DNA from: Actinomycetota bacterium
GTDB taxonomy: Bacteria > Actinomycetota > Actinomycetes > S36-B12 > UBA5976
Assembly: GCA_016870575.1 (NCBI GenBank)
Contig: VGBH01000003.1
Location: forward strand, 1-59,166
Length of the DNA: 59,166 nt
Direction of reading: 5' to 3'
This document shows, one piece after another, positions 41,333-52,611 of this stretch. A model generated the notes under the pieces. The model worked only from the letters and a program-made list of their open reading frames with translations, did not search any database and was not told the origin of the DNA. Both the position numbers and the translations under genes were made by a program. Numbering within the stretch: the stretch's first letter is position 1; every line of letters starts with the position of its first letter.

Positions 41333-42037
41333 TTAGCTATTTGGCTTTATGGCCCGATGAAGCGCGACTATCCCACCAGTTAGGGAGCGCCAAGCCACTT
41401 GTTCCCAGCCGATGGTTTGAATTTGTGCGGCAAATTTGGCTTGATCTGGCCAGGCCAAAATGGATTCTGCTAAATATTGATAGGCGACTGGATTGCTTGA
41501 AATTCGCCTGGCAACTTGCGGTAACGCCTTAATTAAGTAGTTTTGGTAAACCTTACGCAGCCAATATGCCTCAGGAGTAGAAAACTCACAAATGACCATT
41601 TTCCCACCGGGTTTAGTAACCCTAAACATTTCAGCCAACGCAAGTTGAACGTTATTCACATTACGTATACCAAACGAGATTGTTACCCCATCGAAAGAAT
41701 CATCGATAAAAGGCAAAGCCAGCGCATCGCCCGCCACAAAAGTTATTTCTGGATGTCGTTTTTTTCCAACTTTTAACATACCAAGTGACAGGTCACATCC
41801 AATTGCCTCTGCGCCAAACTTCGCAATCTCAACAGTTGAAGTTCCGGTTCCTGCAGCTAAATCCAAAATTCTTTCTCCACTTTGGACTTTAAGCGCAGAT
41901 ACCGTTGCTTTGCGCCACCCTCTAGTTTGCCCAAGAGATAACAAATCATTCATAAGGTCATATCGATTAGCTACTCGATCAAACATAGCTTGGACTTCGT
42001 TAGGCTGTTTGGTCAGGTCTGCACGAGAGTTTTCCAT
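41333..42037 (-). CDS. menG: Demethylmenaquinone methyltransferase
   Basis: MFDRVANRYDLMND, LDLAAGTG, ISFGIRNV and YLAESI. Confidence 0.93.
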   Translation of the reverse strand: MENSRADLTKQPNEVQAMFDRVANRYDLMNDLLSLGQTRGWRKATVSALKVQSGERILDLAAGTGTSTVEIAKFGAEAIGCDLSLGMLKVGKKRHPEITFVAGDALALPFIDDSFDGVTISFGIRNVNNVQLALAEMFRVTKPGGKMVICEFSTPEAYWLRKVYQNYLIKALPQVARRISSNPVAYQYLAESILAWPDQAKFAAQIQTIGWEQVAWRSLTGGIVALHRAIKPNS

Positions 42038-42102
42038 ATGCTGAATTCTGCCCTACCCAGTTGAATCAGCGAGAAGCGCATAGTGGCTCTAGGCTTTAAG
42101 GT

Positions 42103-43371
42103 GTGAGTAATGCAGTGCCGGTAGAGCAACTAGTGCCCAAGTTGAAATTTCAAACACATGAAATTTCAGATCCTGGTGACTTGTTAAATTTGTTGCCAAA
42201 AGAAACTGCAAATCAACATATTGCAGTTTGGCTTCGCGAACATACCGGAATGATTGCAGTTGGTGAAACTTTCAAATTTGAAGTTTCTGGACAAGAAAGA
42301 TTTTCAAGGGCACATCGCTGGTGGCGAGATGTTGTAAATGATGCGGCTGTTAATGATCAAGTTCGTGTAACTGGAACTGGTGCTTTTGCTTTTGCTTCAT
42401 TCGGGTTTAGAGCACAACCATCTTCGAGCATTCTTGTTATTCCAAAAGTTGTTATTGGAAAAACTGATGGCAAGAATTGGATAACAACTTCGGACGGCAC
42501 CGATCCAGAAGTTGCGCTCACTGAACTCAAGAAACCACATCTCTTGCCACATTCTCCTGGTGCAGTCCAAATAAATGGTGGCTCTATCCCTGAATCACAA
42601 TGGGTGAAGATAGTTGATGAGCTAGTATCAAAAATAAACCATGGTGATGTTGATAAAGTTGTTCTGGCTCGAGATTTATTTGTAAACACTGCAAATTCAG
42701 TAGATGTTAGATATATTTTAAATAATCTAGCTAACACTTTTTCGGATTGTTGGACCTATTTCATCGACGGCCTAGTCGGAGCAACGCCAGAGATGTTATT
42801 ACGTAAGCGAGGCAATCAGATTGTCTCTCGAGTGCTCGCAGGCACTATTACGCAACATAAAGATGAAAATACAAATGAAATTTTGCAGGCAAAACTTCTA
42901 ACTAGTGATAAGGATCAACAAGAGCATAACTACGCAGTTCAGTCAGTATCGGCAGCATTAGCTGTTCATTGCACAGATCTAGTTGTTCCACCAACGCCAA
43001 CAATTCTGCAGTTAGCAAATGTCGCTCACTTATCTACCGAAATAACTGCAATTGTTGCAGACGATTCTCCTGCTCTTGTGTTAGCAGGGTCTCTTCATCC
43101 AACTGCTGCTGTTTGTGGAACCCCAACAGAGCGAGCTAGAGATTTAATTGCTGAAGTTGAAGGTATGGACAGAGGTCGATATGCCGGACCAGTAGGTTGG
43201 ATTGACGGTAATGGTGATGGTGATCTTGGATTAGCAATTCGCTGTGCCGAGGTTAGAGAGAATTCTTTGCGATTGTTCGCAGGTTGCGGTGTTGTTTCAG
43301 GTTCTACCTCAGAATCTGAGATTGCGGAATCTGCGGCAAAATTTAAAGCTGTACTTAACTCACTAAATTAG
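42103..43371 (+). CDS. menF: Isochorismate synthase
   Basis: KVVLAR, GATPE, LAGT, KDQQEH, LHPTAAVCG and RGRYAGPVGW; located in the men cluster. Confidence 0.9.
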   Translation: MSNAVPVEQLVPKLKFQTHEISDPGDLLNLLPKETANQHIAVWLREHTGMIAVGETFKFEVSGQERFSRAHRWWRDVVNDAAVNDQVRVTGTGAFAFASFGFRAQPSSSILVIPKVVIGKTDGKNWITTSDGTDPEVALTELKKPHLLPHSPGAVQINGGSIPESQWVKIVDELVSKINHGDVDKVVLARDLFVNTANSVDVRYILNNLANTFSDCWTYFIDGLVGATPEMLLRKRGNQIVSRVLAGTITQHKDENTNEILQAKLLTSDKDQQEHNYAVQSVSAALAVHCTDLVVPPTPTILQLANVAHLSTEITAIVADDSPALVLAGSLHPTAAVCGTPTERARDLIAEVEGMDRGRYAGPVGWIDGNGDGDLGLAIRCAEVRENSLRLFAGCGVVSGSTSESEIAESAAKFKAVLNSLN

Positions 43372-44923
43372 TTATTTGTTTTCTCAAATCTGCTTCGATT
43401 TCGCGATCAACTCCAGAAATCAGTATTGCTGATAGCCCAGAGTGAGACTGATAGATTTTAGACAATTCACTCTTATTCGTAACTTCAGTAACTGGGATAT
43501 CTAGCCCCATTAGGAGAGATTTTAAATCTGCTTTGTGTGGTGTGCCAAAAACCCGCTCAAATCCTGAAACACCTCGTTGTTCAATTGTGTGAAATACCCC
43601 TCCGCCATTGTTATCTACAATAACTAATCGAAGATCTGGGAATTTTTCAGTTGAAGGAATAGTCAAACTAGATAAGTCATGAAGTAATGCTACATCTCCT
43701 AATAGGCAATAACTTTGTCCATTTCCTTTTCGCTGCCATGCTAATGCTGCGCCTGTTGCAGTAGCTGTGATTCCATCTATTCCATTTACCCCACGATTTG
43801 AAGTAATTAACCCAATTGAATTTGGTTGCATTAGAAAATCCAAATCGCGTAAACTCAAACTTGCGGCCGCATGTAAGTGATTTGATGATTTAAGGTTACT
43901 AAATAAACTCGATGCAACTGATAAACCACTTAAGGGTGCATCATCAATTACTTGGTTAATTATTCGAACAAAGGCATCAGATTCGTCAGTCCAGCGATTA
44001 AGCCATTCGTGACCAATCGCATGCAGGTCTTTCGTATCAACTTCGCCAGCTGAAACATATAAGGCATCAATATTTGTTAATTTAGTTGGGGTCTTAACTG
44101 AAATTCTTGGCTTACTATTAATTAAAGAATTTATTCGACGCGACAAGCCAACTCGACCAACGGTAACAACGATTTCAATGTTGTCTTTAAATTTGGCTGA
44201 AACTAGTGCTCCATAAGTAACTAAACTAGCAATAGATGTTCCTGCGGGTTCTGAAATTAGTGGCCAATTTAAACTACTGGCAATTTCTCCAGCATGATCA
44301 ATCTCCGCGCCTTCAGTAATTACTACTCCGCGTTTACCTGTTACAAAACGTGTAATGTTTGATTTCTTAGCATCTGTATCATCTATTGCAGTAATTACGT
44401 CTTGCGGTTTCCAATTATCAGTTGGAACTAGCGGTTCTGAAAAACGCGGATTAATATGAATAACGCCTTTTACTTTAAGGGCTATGCGCAATTCATTTTG
44501 CCACATTTCGGCAGTCCAATTGCTTAAAAGATCAACTACATTTTTCGTGGCTGCAGAAAATAGCTCCAATTGCTCTATCGTCTGATTTGCACCAGTATTT
44601 ATTAGTTCAATCGGACGATCTGCCGTTATTGCAACTAATGAAATATCTGATTGCGCAGCTTCAATTAAAGCGGGTAACAAATGCGCTCCCGCGGTTCCAC
44701 TGGTAACCGCAACTGCAACCTTCTTTTTTGTAACTTTTGCAATCCCAAGAGCAGTAAATGCAGCCGACCGCTCATCAATTCTTACCGTGATTTGAATTTG
44801 ATTTGTTGCTAATGCAGCTAGTGATATTGGCCCATTTCGTGAACCAGGTGATACAACTAAATCGGTAACACCAGCCTTTATCAATTCAGTAATCAAAATT
44901 CGTGCCTGAGCTGTTGCGCTCAT
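43355..44923 (-). CDS. menD: SEPHCHC synthase
   Basis: SPGSRNGP, IDERSAAF, TSGTA, NRGVNGIDG, GDVALLHD and NNGGGVF. Confidence 0.96.
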   Translation of the reverse strand: MSATAQARILITELIKAGVTDLVVSPGSRNGPISLAALATNQIQITVRIDERSAAFTALGIAKVTKKKVAVAVTSGTAGAHLLPALIEAAQSDISLVAITADRPIELINTGANQTIEQLELFSAATKNVVDLLSNWTAEMWQNELRIALKVKGVIHINPRFSEPLVPTDNWKPQDVITAIDDTDAKKSNITRFVTGKRGVVITEGAEIDHAGEIASSLNWPLISEPAGTSIASLVTYGALVSAKFKDNIEIVVTVGRVGLSRRINSLINSKPRISVKTPTKLTNIDALYVSAGEVDTKDLHAIGHEWLNRWTDESDAFVRIINQVIDDAPLSGLSVASSLFSNLKSSNHLHAAASLSLRDLDFLMQPNSIGLITSNRGVNGIDGITATATGAALAWQRKGNGQSYCLLGDVALLHDLSSLTIPSTEKFPDLRLVIVDNNGGGVFHTIEQRGVSGFERVFGTPHKADLKSLLMGLDIPVTEVTNKSELSKIYQSHSGLSAILISGVDREIEADLRKQITNLVS

Positions 44924-45903
44924 TTAATCACTTCACTTAACTTCATTAGTTCAACAGAGGCTGCAGTTAGGCGTTCAGTTAATTCCGCGCGCTCATGCTC
45001 ATTAACCCTATCTTTAGCCTGGCTAAGTTTAATCTTGTCAGGAGTTATTGCTCCTACAGAAAGCATGCCTTTATCTGGCAGCAGACTGTTTTCAACTAAG
45101 TCATCTGCAAGTAGCACTGAAGTGCCTAAGCCGCTTGGTAACACTTCGTTGGGTAGTAATGCGGCAACATAGGAAACGTAACTCAATCCAACGCTGGTAT
45201 CTAATGAACCAGAAACTATAACTGGTAAGGAAAGTTTTTCAGCAAGCGACAAAGTTTGGGCACTGCCACCAAGAGGAATGGGTTTTAACACAATCAAATC
45301 GGTTGCCAAATGTAGTTGCTCAATGAATTCATCTGATATTTCAGATGCCAATCTGATGGACTCATCAATTGCAATTAGCAAGCCTTGTCCTTTAACAGAT
45401 TTGCAGTCAGAGAGATTTGCGCAAGGTTGCTCAATCACCGATACGCCTAATTCAGAATATTTTGGGATTAAATCTCGTGCTTGATCTAATGAGTAGCATC
45501 CATTTGCGTCGACACGCAACGTGATGTTTGGCAAACGTTCAGAAATTGCTCGCACTCTTGAAAGTTGATTTGAATCTCCAACTTTAATTTTCAAAGTTGA
45601 AACGCCGTACGTTTGAACTAAATTCTCAGCCCAATCTGCAGATGCACCTGGATCTAATGCAGGCACAATTCCATTAACAGGAACTTGCAGCCGTTTCACA
45701 GGTTGACGTGGTTGATTAGATGCTTCTAGAGCTGCAGCCAGCCACTTTGCTGCAGCTTTTGGTTGATAATCGCTGAAAGGAGCCCATTCGCCATAGCCAT
45801 ACTCACCTTCAATTAGGAAACCAATTCGATGATTAACCGAGCGAAATGAAGTGGAGAGCGAAACTTTGAATGGAATCGCTCGATTAAGTATCTCTTTAAT
45901 CAC
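44920..45903 (-). CDS. menC: o-succinylbenzoate synthase
   Basis: [29 protein letters not shown] and VLKPIPLGG. Confidence 0.93.
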   Translation of the reverse strand: MIKEILNRAIPFKVSLSTSFRSVNHRIGFLIEGEYGYGEWAPFSDYQPKAAAKWLAAALEASNQPRQPVKRLQVPVNGIVPALDPGASADWAENLVQTYGVSTLKIKVGDSNQLSRVRAISERLPNITLRVDANGCYSLDQARDLIPKYSELGVSVIEQPCANLSDCKSVKGQGLLIAIDESIRLASEISDEFIEQLHLATDLIVLKPIPLGGSAQTLSLAEKLSLPVIVSGSLDTSVGLSYVSYVAALLPNEVLPSGLGTSVLLADDLVENSLLPDKGMLSVGAITPDKIKLSQAKDRVNEHERAELTERLTAASVELMKLSEVIK

Positions 45904-46766
45904 GGTCGCTTTGGAAACTTACTAAAGTTGGGTTTGCGTTTTTCTTGATACGCGTTTCTACCTTCTTGGGCTTCTTCAGACATGTAATACAACAAAGTAG
46001 CATCACCGGCTAATTGTTGAATACCAGCTAAGCCATCATCTGCAGCATTCATACTTGCTTTTAACATACGCAGTGAAAGTGGTGAATGTTGCAACATCTC
46101 TTTTGCCCATTTGACTGTTTCAATTTCTAATTCTTCAATTGGGACAACAGCATTTACTAATCCCCATTCAAAGGCAGTCTTGGCATCATATTGACGACAC
46201 AAGTACCAAACTTCTCGAGCGCGTTTCTGACCAATATGTTGTGCTAATAAACCCGATCCATATCCGCCATCAAAAGATCCAACTTTCGGACCAGTTTGAC
46301 CAAACCGAGCATTTTCGGCAGCGATACTTAAGTCACAAACTACATGTAATACATGTCCACCACCGATTGCATATCCAGCAATCATTGCAATAACTGGCTT
46401 TGGCAACCTTCTAATTTGTATTTGTAAATCAAGAACGTTTAAGCGACCAATACCTTTTTCGGCAAGTTTGTCCGATCCGATGTAACCATCATCTCCACGA
46501 ATCATTTGATCGCCACCAGAGCAAAAAGCAAGATCTCCCTTACCAGTGAGAATTACCACTCCAACCGATTCGTCATCTCGAGCTTGATCAAATGCCTGCA
46601 TAAGTTCAACCACTGTTTGTGGTGTGAACGCATTTCTTACTTTTGGACGGTTGATTGTGATCTTGGCAATGCCATCTGCGCGGTGATATTCAATGTCCTG
46701 CCAACTGCCTATTGCCTCCCAGTTTGCACCGGGTTTAACAGAACTATGCGCCGGATCAATGGTCAT
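45900..46766 (-). CDS. menB: 1,4-dihydroxy-2-naphthoyl-CoA synthase
   Basis: [17 protein letters not shown] and [16 protein letters not shown]; true start is the ATG at 46766 behind SD GGGGGAG. Confidence 0.97.
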   Translation of the reverse strand: MTIDPAHSSVKPGANWEAIGSWQDIEYHRADGIAKITINRPKVRNAFTPQTVVELMQAFDQARDDESVGVVILTGKGDLAFCSGGDQMIRGDDGYIGSDKLAEKGIGRLNVLDLQIQIRRLPKPVIAMIAGYAIGGGHVLHVVCDLSIAAENARFGQTGPKVGSFDGGYGSGLLAQHIGQKRAREVWYLCRQYDAKTAFEWGLVNAVVPIEELEIETVKWAKEMLQHSPLSLRMLKASMNAADDGLAGIQQLAGDATLLYYMSEEAQEGRNAYQEKRKPNFSKFPKRP

Positions 46767-46812
46767 TTGGCTCCCCCTTGGAAGTCTTTCGCATTGCCCT
46801 ACCCTAAGACCG

Positions 46813-47916
46813 ATGACCAATCCCGGCTTGCTGACCATAAGCGCATCAGATACCCCTGCGGTTTTTTCTGCGATGCGCTCAGTACTTGCTGGCGAAGCCA
46901 CATTAGCAATAATCCCCAAAGCAAATTCCAATCGAATAAATGCTGTGATTTCTGCCATAAATCCAAACCAGCCTGTTAGTTCAGAGGTTGGATTAATTGC
47001 TGTAACTTCTGGATCAACTGGTAAACCCAAGGCTGTTGAAATCAGTCATAATGCAATTCAATCTTCAATCTCTGCAGTAAATGAAGAGCTTGGTGTTACC
47101 CCACAATGGCATTTAGTACTTCCGCTTCAACATATAGCAGGCACGATGACTGCGCTTAGAGGTCTTGCTTTAAATTCAAAATTACATAATCCAACTATCA
47201 ATGCAGCAGATCCAACTCAGCTTGCTGCTTATGTCAAGTCAGTTAAAGACCTATCAGAGCCACATGCAATTGCATTAGTTCCAGAACACCTAAAGCGGCT
47301 CGCCGTAATAAATGAGATTGCTTCCCTTAGATACTTTTTTAAAGTAATCATCGGAGCGGGTTCTTTATCTCAAGACTTGATTGAAAAGTTAACTGAACTT
47401 GGTATAAATTTTGTAAGCTCATATGGCCTTACCGAGACATGTGGTGGAATAGTTTGGGATGGGAAGCCATTAAATTCAGTTGCTCTCTCATTGAATAATG
47501 ATAATGAAGTTTTGGTCCAATCAAATATGAATGCTACAAGGTATCGGCATAATGGGTTAGACTTAACCTCAATAAACACTCGTGATTTAGGTTATTTTGA
47601 GTCAGGAAAGTTAGTAATTACTGGTCGAAGTGATAGTAAGGTAAAAATTAAAGGGCACTTACTTGATTTAGCTGATACTAGTGAATCTTTGCAAAGAATG
47701 ACTGAATCTGAAGCTACAGCACTGTTAGCCAAGGAAACCTTGTATTTAATTGTAACAAATCTAAATCTCACTGAATCGCAATTAATGGAAAACTTGATTA
47801 ATGAATTAGGAGATGGGATTAAGGGTGCAAAAGTAGTAGTAAAAGACAAACTTCCCAGAACGGAATTAGGAAAACTTAATATGTTCTCCCTTAGACTAGA
47901 ACTCGAAAATGACTAA
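46813..47916 (+). CDS. menE: o-succinylbenzoate-CoA ligase
   Basis: [25 protein letters not shown] and LPRTELGK; start at ATG 46813, since the upstream part of the track ORF overlaps menB. Confidence 0.88.
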   Translation: MTNPGLLTISASDTPAVFSAMRSVLAGEATLAIIPKANSNRINAVISAINPNQPVSSEVGLIAVTSGSTGKPKAVEISHNAIQSSISAVNEELGVTPQWHLVLPLQHIAGTMTALRGLALNSKLHNPTINAADPTQLAAYVKSVKDLSEPHAIALVPEHLKRLAVINEIASLRYFFKVIIGAGSLSQDLIEKLTELGINFVSSYGLTETCGGIVWDGKPLNSVALSLNNDNEVLVQSNMNATRYRHNGLDLTSINTRDLGYFESGKLVITGRSDSKVKIKGHLLDLADTSESLQRMTESEATALLAKETLYLIVTNLNLTESQLMENLINELGDGIKGAKVVVKDKLPRTELGKLNMFSLRLELEND

Positions 47917-48781
47917 TCAAATAAGTATCTGGTTTCTCGGTGCTCGTCCCAAAACCCTCGGTGCTGCCTTTGCGCCAGTAGTGGCTGGTTCAGCGCTTGG
48001 CTTTTCCGTTGGAAGTTTTAATTGGTTAAATGCAATACTTGCAGCTTTAGTTGCACTCTCTCTGCAGGTTGGCGTCAACTATGCAAATGACTACAGTGAC
48101 GGAATTAAAGGTAGTGATTCGAATCGAGTAGGTCCGATTCGATTGGTTGCTAGTGGCCTTGCAACTGCTAAGTCAGTTAAAACTGCAAGTTTTATTTCCT
48201 TTGCAGTTGCAGCAATTGCTGGACTCATTCTTTCATTAAGAATTAATCTTTGGCTAGTCCCAGTTGGAGCTATCTGCATTATTGCGGCTTGGCTATATAC
48301 CGGTGGTAGATCCCCTTATGGATATAAGGGATTTGGAGAAGTTTCTGTTTTTATTTTTTTCGGGTTAGTTGCAACCATTGGGAGTTTCTATGTTCAAACT
48401 GAAAGCATCTCAATTGCTTCAGTAGTGACTGGTACAAGTCTTGGATTACTATCGATGGCGCTGTTGATTGTTAACAACCTTAGAGATCGACCCGGTGATC
48501 AGCAAGTAGGAAAGTTAACGCTGGCAGTTAAGCTCGGTGATAAAAAAACACGATTGTTTTATATGGTTGTCGTGATTGGTTCGATTGTAATTGCAATGCT
48601 GCTTGCATTTACCGCGCCGCTAGCTACTTTATCCGGACTACTTATTCTTATTGCGATGCAGCCAATTAGAGATGTGGTTGCTGGTGCAACAGGAAAAAAT
48701 CTAATTTCACCCCTGCAACAAACTAATAGGTTACTTATCCTGCTCGGACTGATTCTCTCTATTAGTTTCGTGCTTGCGTAA
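47909..48781 (+). CDS. menA: DHNA polyprenyltransferase
   Basis: GARPKTL, NYANDYSDGIKGSD and NNLRDRPGD...GKLTLAV. Confidence 0.95.
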   Translation: MTNQISIWFLGARPKTLGAAFAPVVAGSALGFSVGSFNWLNAILAALVALSLQVGVNYANDYSDGIKGSDSNRVGPIRLVASGLATAKSVKTASFISFAVAAIAGLILSLRINLWLVPVGAICIIAAWLYTGGRSPYGYKGFGEVSVFIFFGLVATIGSFYVQTESISIASVVTGTSLGLLSMALLIVNNLRDRPGDQQVGKLTLAVKLGDKKTRLFYMVVVIGSIVIAMLLAFTAPLATLSGLLILIAMQPIRDVVAGATGKNLISPLQQTNRLLILLGLILSISFVLA

Positions 48782-49042
48782 TTGTTCGTCTAGCCAGGCA
48801 TCTTCTTTCGCGGCCGCATCCTCTATGCGCTTATCAATCTTTTCTTTTGTCTTAAATACCCCAGCAGATACCCGATCTCGCAAACTATCAAGAAGAAAAA
48901 GGCTGGCAACTGCTGAAACTAAAAATGCAACAATTAACAATATATAGCCGCGAAGTCCAGCAAAATATCCAATGCCAAGGAATAGTGCCAATAGCCCAAT
49001 TCTTGCTAGCGTATAGATTATGGTTGATAGAAAAGTATTCAT
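48731..49042 (-). CDS. Small membrane protein (DUF4229-like)
   Basis: YTLARIGL, two TM helices and a charged tail ending EDAW; usual position after ccsA in actinobacteria. Confidence 0.7.
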   Translation of the reverse strand: MNTFLSTIIYTLARIGLLALFLGIGYFAGLRGYILLIVAFLVSAVASLFLLDSLRDRVSAGVFKTKEKIDKRIEDAAAKEDAWLDEQLRKHETNRENQSEQDK

Positions 49043-49044
49043 AT

Positions 49045-49875
49045 CTACAAGCCACCATAGCTATGTAATCCGTCGAAAAGAATGTTTACACCAAAAAAAT
49101 TAAACAGGTAAGTCAGATATCCAACTATCGCAATAGCAGCAGCTTTGCCACCGCGCCAGCCAACTGTTACTCGAGCATGAAGATAAGCTGCATATGCAAT
49201 CCAAGTAATCAGTGCCCAAGTTTCTTTTGGATCCCAGCCCCAAAATCTTCCCCAAGCTTCTTCTGCCCATATTGCGCCTGCTAAAACGGCAAAAGTCCAA
49301 ACGGCAAAGCCCCAGGCGGAAACTCGATATGAAAGTAACTCTAATTGAGATTCAGTAGGCAACTTTTCCGCTAACTTAGATTTGGATTTAGCTGCAATTA
49401 ACTGTCCGACGGCAAAAGCAAAACCAAGTGAAAAGCCACCACCAGCGATAATTGTTGATGCTACATGTATGACCAGCCAGCCAGACTTTAATGCTGGCAC
49501 TAAATCTGCAACTGGGATATACAGCACTGTTTGCGCCAAACCCAAAGACAACAATGTTGGCATCAATACGAAAACAGCAATACCAGAAATATCTTGTCTG
49601 CGGGCAATAATTAAATAGACAAAAAGAACGGCAAGCGTGCCAGCAATTGCATACTCATACATATTTCCCCAAGGGGCACGGTCAGCAGCAACTCCGCGAG
49701 CAATAACTCCTATTGCGAGCACAATCGTGGAAACAAGCGTTAGGGAATAAGAAATCTTTGCAAAGCGATTTGGATTCTTACTGCCAATCAATCTAATAAA
49801 TGAAACATAAGTTGCTAGTGTTAAAAAGATGCTTGAAATCAAAACAGATAAATTACTAATTAATGCGGCGTCCAT
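49045..49875 (-). CDS. ccsA: Cytochrome c biogenesis protein CcsA/ResC
   Basis: PWGNMYE, WLVIHV and the WWD domain WAEEAWGRFWGWDPKETW; HSY at the C-terminus. Confidence 0.95.
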   Translation of the reverse strand: MDAALISNLSVLISSIFLTLATYVSFIRLIGSKNPNRFAKISYSLTLVSTIVLAIGVIARGVAADRAPWGNMYEYAIAGTLAVLFVYLIIARRQDISGIAVFVLMPTLLSLGLAQTVLYIPVADLVPALKSGWLVIHVASTIIAGGGFSLGFAFAVGQLIAAKSKSKLAEKLPTESQLELLSYRVSAWGFAVWTFAVLAGAIWAEEAWGRFWGWDPKETWALITWIAYAAYLHARVTVGWRGGKAAAIAIVGYLTYLFNFFGVNILFDGLHSYGGL

Positions 49876-51369
49876 TTAATTCGTCTCCTTAGCAGCAGAG
49901 CATAGAGCCTTAACTAATGCGACATCATTATCTAATCCTGGTTGATCACTTCGGCTTAGTGCACCAATCTGATAGATGCCATCGGGCAACTGCTTAATCC
50001 AAATACGTCTACTACGCACGTACAACCCAACAATTAGTCCAATGATTGCGAGAATCGAAAATCCCAATGCGGGTGCTGCCCCAGGGCTTGAAGCTACATC
50101 AAATGTGACAAATCTCTCAACTCCAATAAACTCAACTGAACCTAGGTTTTTAGGTAACTGCCAAACATCACCTGGTCTAAGTGAAACAATGCCGATTCGA
50201 TCTAACTCAGATACATCCAAACTAAACACATTCTGTGGCACACCACTATCTAAACCTAAATCTCCTTGCCAAGCAGATAGCAATAGAACTGGATTGTCTG
50301 GACTTGGAAAAATAGAAATCGGTTGACCAGTGAAATCTGCAGTGGGTAAAAAGGCAGTAATGAATCCCAAACCATTTTCACCATTTGGAAGTTTGATTGC
50401 GCCTTCAGAGCTAAAGTTTCCATCGCGCGGCAACATAATTACTGAATCAGAAAAAATTACCTCACCAAGTTGATTTTTTACTTGAACCCTTGGTGCATAT
50501 CCATGGCCGACTAAAAACCACTTTGATCCTTCAACAAGTAATGGTTTATTCACTTCAATCACAACGTCTTTTGTTTCGGTAAGAGTTTGCACAGTGACAT
50601 CAGCAATAAAAACTCTCGCAGCACCGCGCTGCACTTCCCCGCGCTCAAACTCAGCAGTGAATTTATTCAGCTTTACGGTAACTGCGGGTAAATCTGCTAC
50701 AGAAACGGCTGTCCCAAATGTGAGTGACGTAAATTGAGTAGGTGTACTTGCAACCGCCGTGCCCTCACGGACCAACATTTGTCCTCGATATGAAAACAGC
50801 ACGCCAATACCTACTGAAAGAATGATGCCAACTACGGCTAAGTGAAAAGCTAAATTTCCTACCTCGCGTAGATATCCCTTTTCAGCGGCCACATACTTAT
50901 TGGTTAAGTCAGTTCTGACTCGCCAATTTTTCTTTTTCAAACCAACTGCAACATCATTAAAGATTTCTGTGTATGGTGCAATTGATTCTATTGAATCATG
51001 CATCGTTAAACGCTCAAAATTTGCTGGTGCAGCAGGTGGTTGTGATCTTGTTGCTCGGTAATGCTGAAATGACCTCGGCACAATACAGCCAACCAATGAG
51101 ATTAAAAGCAATAAATAGGTTCCGGAAAACCAAAACGAACTAAACACATTGAAAAATCCAAGTGCCAGAAGGATGCTACCTAATTCAGGTGAATTCTCAA
51201 TCCATTGCGAAACACCAAACGCATCGGTGTTTTGTTGTGGTAGGACTGATCCAGGAATAGACATAATCACCAGCAATAACAACAAAATCAGTGCGGTTCG
51301 CATACTGGTTAACTGTCGCCAAAAAAATCTGGCTAACTCAACAGGAGTTAATGAAAAAGTATCGCTCAT
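49876..51369 (-). CDS. resB: Cytochrome c biogenesis protein ResB/CcsB
   Basis: LTSMRTALILL, GSVLPQ, EKGYLREVGNLAFH and RRIW; start at ATG 51369. Confidence 0.92.
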   Translation of the reverse strand: MSDTFSLTPVELARFFWRQLTSMRTALILLLLLVIMSIPGSVLPQQNTDAFGVSQWIENSPELGSILLALGFFNVFSSFWFSGTYLLLLISLVGCIVPRSFQHYRATRSQPPAAPANFERLTMHDSIESIAPYTEIFNDVAVGLKKKNWRVRTDLTNKYVAAEKGYLREVGNLAFHLAVVGIILSVGIGVLFSYRGQMLVREGTAVASTPTQFTSLTFGTAVSVADLPAVTVKLNKFTAEFERGEVQRGAARVFIADVTVQTLTETKDVVIEVNKPLLVEGSKWFLVGHGYAPRVQVKNQLGEVIFSDSVIMLPRDGNFSSEGAIKLPNGENGLGFITAFLPTADFTGQPISIFPSPDNPVLLLSAWQGDLGLDSGVPQNVFSLDVSELDRIGIVSLRPGDVWQLPKNLGSVEFIGVERFVTFDVASSPGAAPALGFSILAIIGLIVGLYVRSRRIWIKQLPDGIYQIGALSRSDQPGLDNDVALVKALCSAAKETN

Positions 51370-52076
51370 AACGGCACCGTAAATCCAGCATATTTTTGTT
51401 GAAGCCAGACAATTAAATCTGACCAAACTCCAGTAACTAACAAGATGCCAAGAATAATCAAGAATGCACTACCAAATCGAATAAAAGCTTTTTGCTTACT
51501 TCGTAACTGTTGAATTAATTTAGTCGACTTACCAGCTAAAATTGAAAACACAACAAATGGAATCCCCAGACCAAAACCATAACTAACCGATAAGATTGCG
51601 CCTTTTATTGCAGTTCCCTCAGTTAGTGCCAAAGTCTGCACTGCAGCTAAAGTTGGACCAATACAAGGTGTCCAACCAATGGCAAAAACTAATCCCAGCA
51701 TTATTGGTTGTGCAGACTTTGCTCCATTTAACGGTAACTTAAATTGCAGTTGTGAAAATTTTCCTACTCCAGCAAAAACAAATCCCATTGTAATTAATAA
51801 AATACCAAGTATTGTGTTTATCTCCGTTTGATATTCCAATAAATATGAACCTAATTGCCCAAACGCCAATCCAAATGATGCAAAAACTGCTGTGAACGTT
51901 AAAACAAAAACAATTGTTTGTCTTACAGGTTTGTTCGACGTTATTGAGTTCCCCAAAACTGCCAGATAACCCGGGATAAGCGGCAGCACGCAAGGACTCA
52001 AGAACGAGATTAAACCTGCGAGGATTGATATCAATATGGCAAGTGGAAGAAATCCACTAACGACTACTTCACCCAT
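51366..52076 (-). CDS. ccdA: Cytochrome c biogenesis protein CcdA
   Basis: SFLSPCVLPLIPGY and GWTPCIGPTL. Confidence 0.95.
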   Translation of the reverse strand: MGEVVVSGFLPLAILISILAGLISFLSPCVLPLIPGYLAVLGNSITSNKPVRQTIVFVLTFTAVFASFGLAFGQLGSYLLEYQTEINTILGILLITMGFVFAGVGKFSQLQFKLPLNGAKSAQPIMLGLVFAIGWTPCIGPTLAAVQTLALTEGTAIKGAILSVSYGFGLGIPFVVFSILAGKSTKLIQQLRSKQKAFIRFGSAFLIILGILLVTGVWSDLIVWLQQKYAGFTVPL

Positions 52077-52611
52077 TATTCACTTCATCAACCACTTGAA
52101 CTAGAAGAGACCTAGTTACAGCTCCCAAAATACGTGCACTTACTCGGCCCGATTTGTCCAAAACTATGGTAGTTGGAATTGCACTCATAGGTAATGTCTC
52201 GCGAAAAACTAATTGCTTAGAGCCGTCCGGATCCACAATAGATGGATAAGTAATTCCAAAAAATTCTTCAAAAGCACGAGCAGCTGGATCATTATCTCTA
52301 GTATTGATTCCAACTATTTGAACATCTGGATTTTCAATATGAAAGGCTTTTAGTTCAGGTGCTTCCTGCCTACAAGGTGCGCACCAAGATGCCCAAACAT
52401 TTATTACTACATTTTTACCAAGAAATTGGTCAACCGATAACTCATCACCTTCTAATGTAGTCCCAGATAAAACTAAAGCCTCGCCCCGCTCAGCTACCGG
52501 AAGTACCGTTGTTGAGCCATCACCTGAAACAAATGAAGTGCTGTTACTGCTTGCAGTGCTACAGCCAACTAAGAACGTTAGGACAAAAAAGACAGCGAGT
52601 GGTTTACGCAC
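52069..52611 (-). CDS. TlpA/ResA-like thiol-disulfide oxidoreductase lipoprotein
   Basis: GTG at 52611 coupled to the upstream stop; lipobox LVG-C; NVWASWCAPCRQE. Confidence 0.9.
   Translation of the reverse strand: MRKPLAVFFVLTFLVGCSTASSNSTSFVSGDGSTTVLPVAERGEALVLSGTTLEGDELSVDQFLGKNVVINVWASWCAPCRQEAPELKAFHIENPDVQIVGINTRDNDPAARAFEEFFGITYPSIVDPDGSKQLVFRETLPMSAIPTTIVLDKSGRVSARILGAVTRSLLVQVVDEVNNG

Noticed and set aside
45900-47030. Apparent 337-nt head-to-head overlap of menB and menE in the ORF track
   Set aside because: This is an artefact of over-long starts; the real starts (46766 and 46813) do not overlap.
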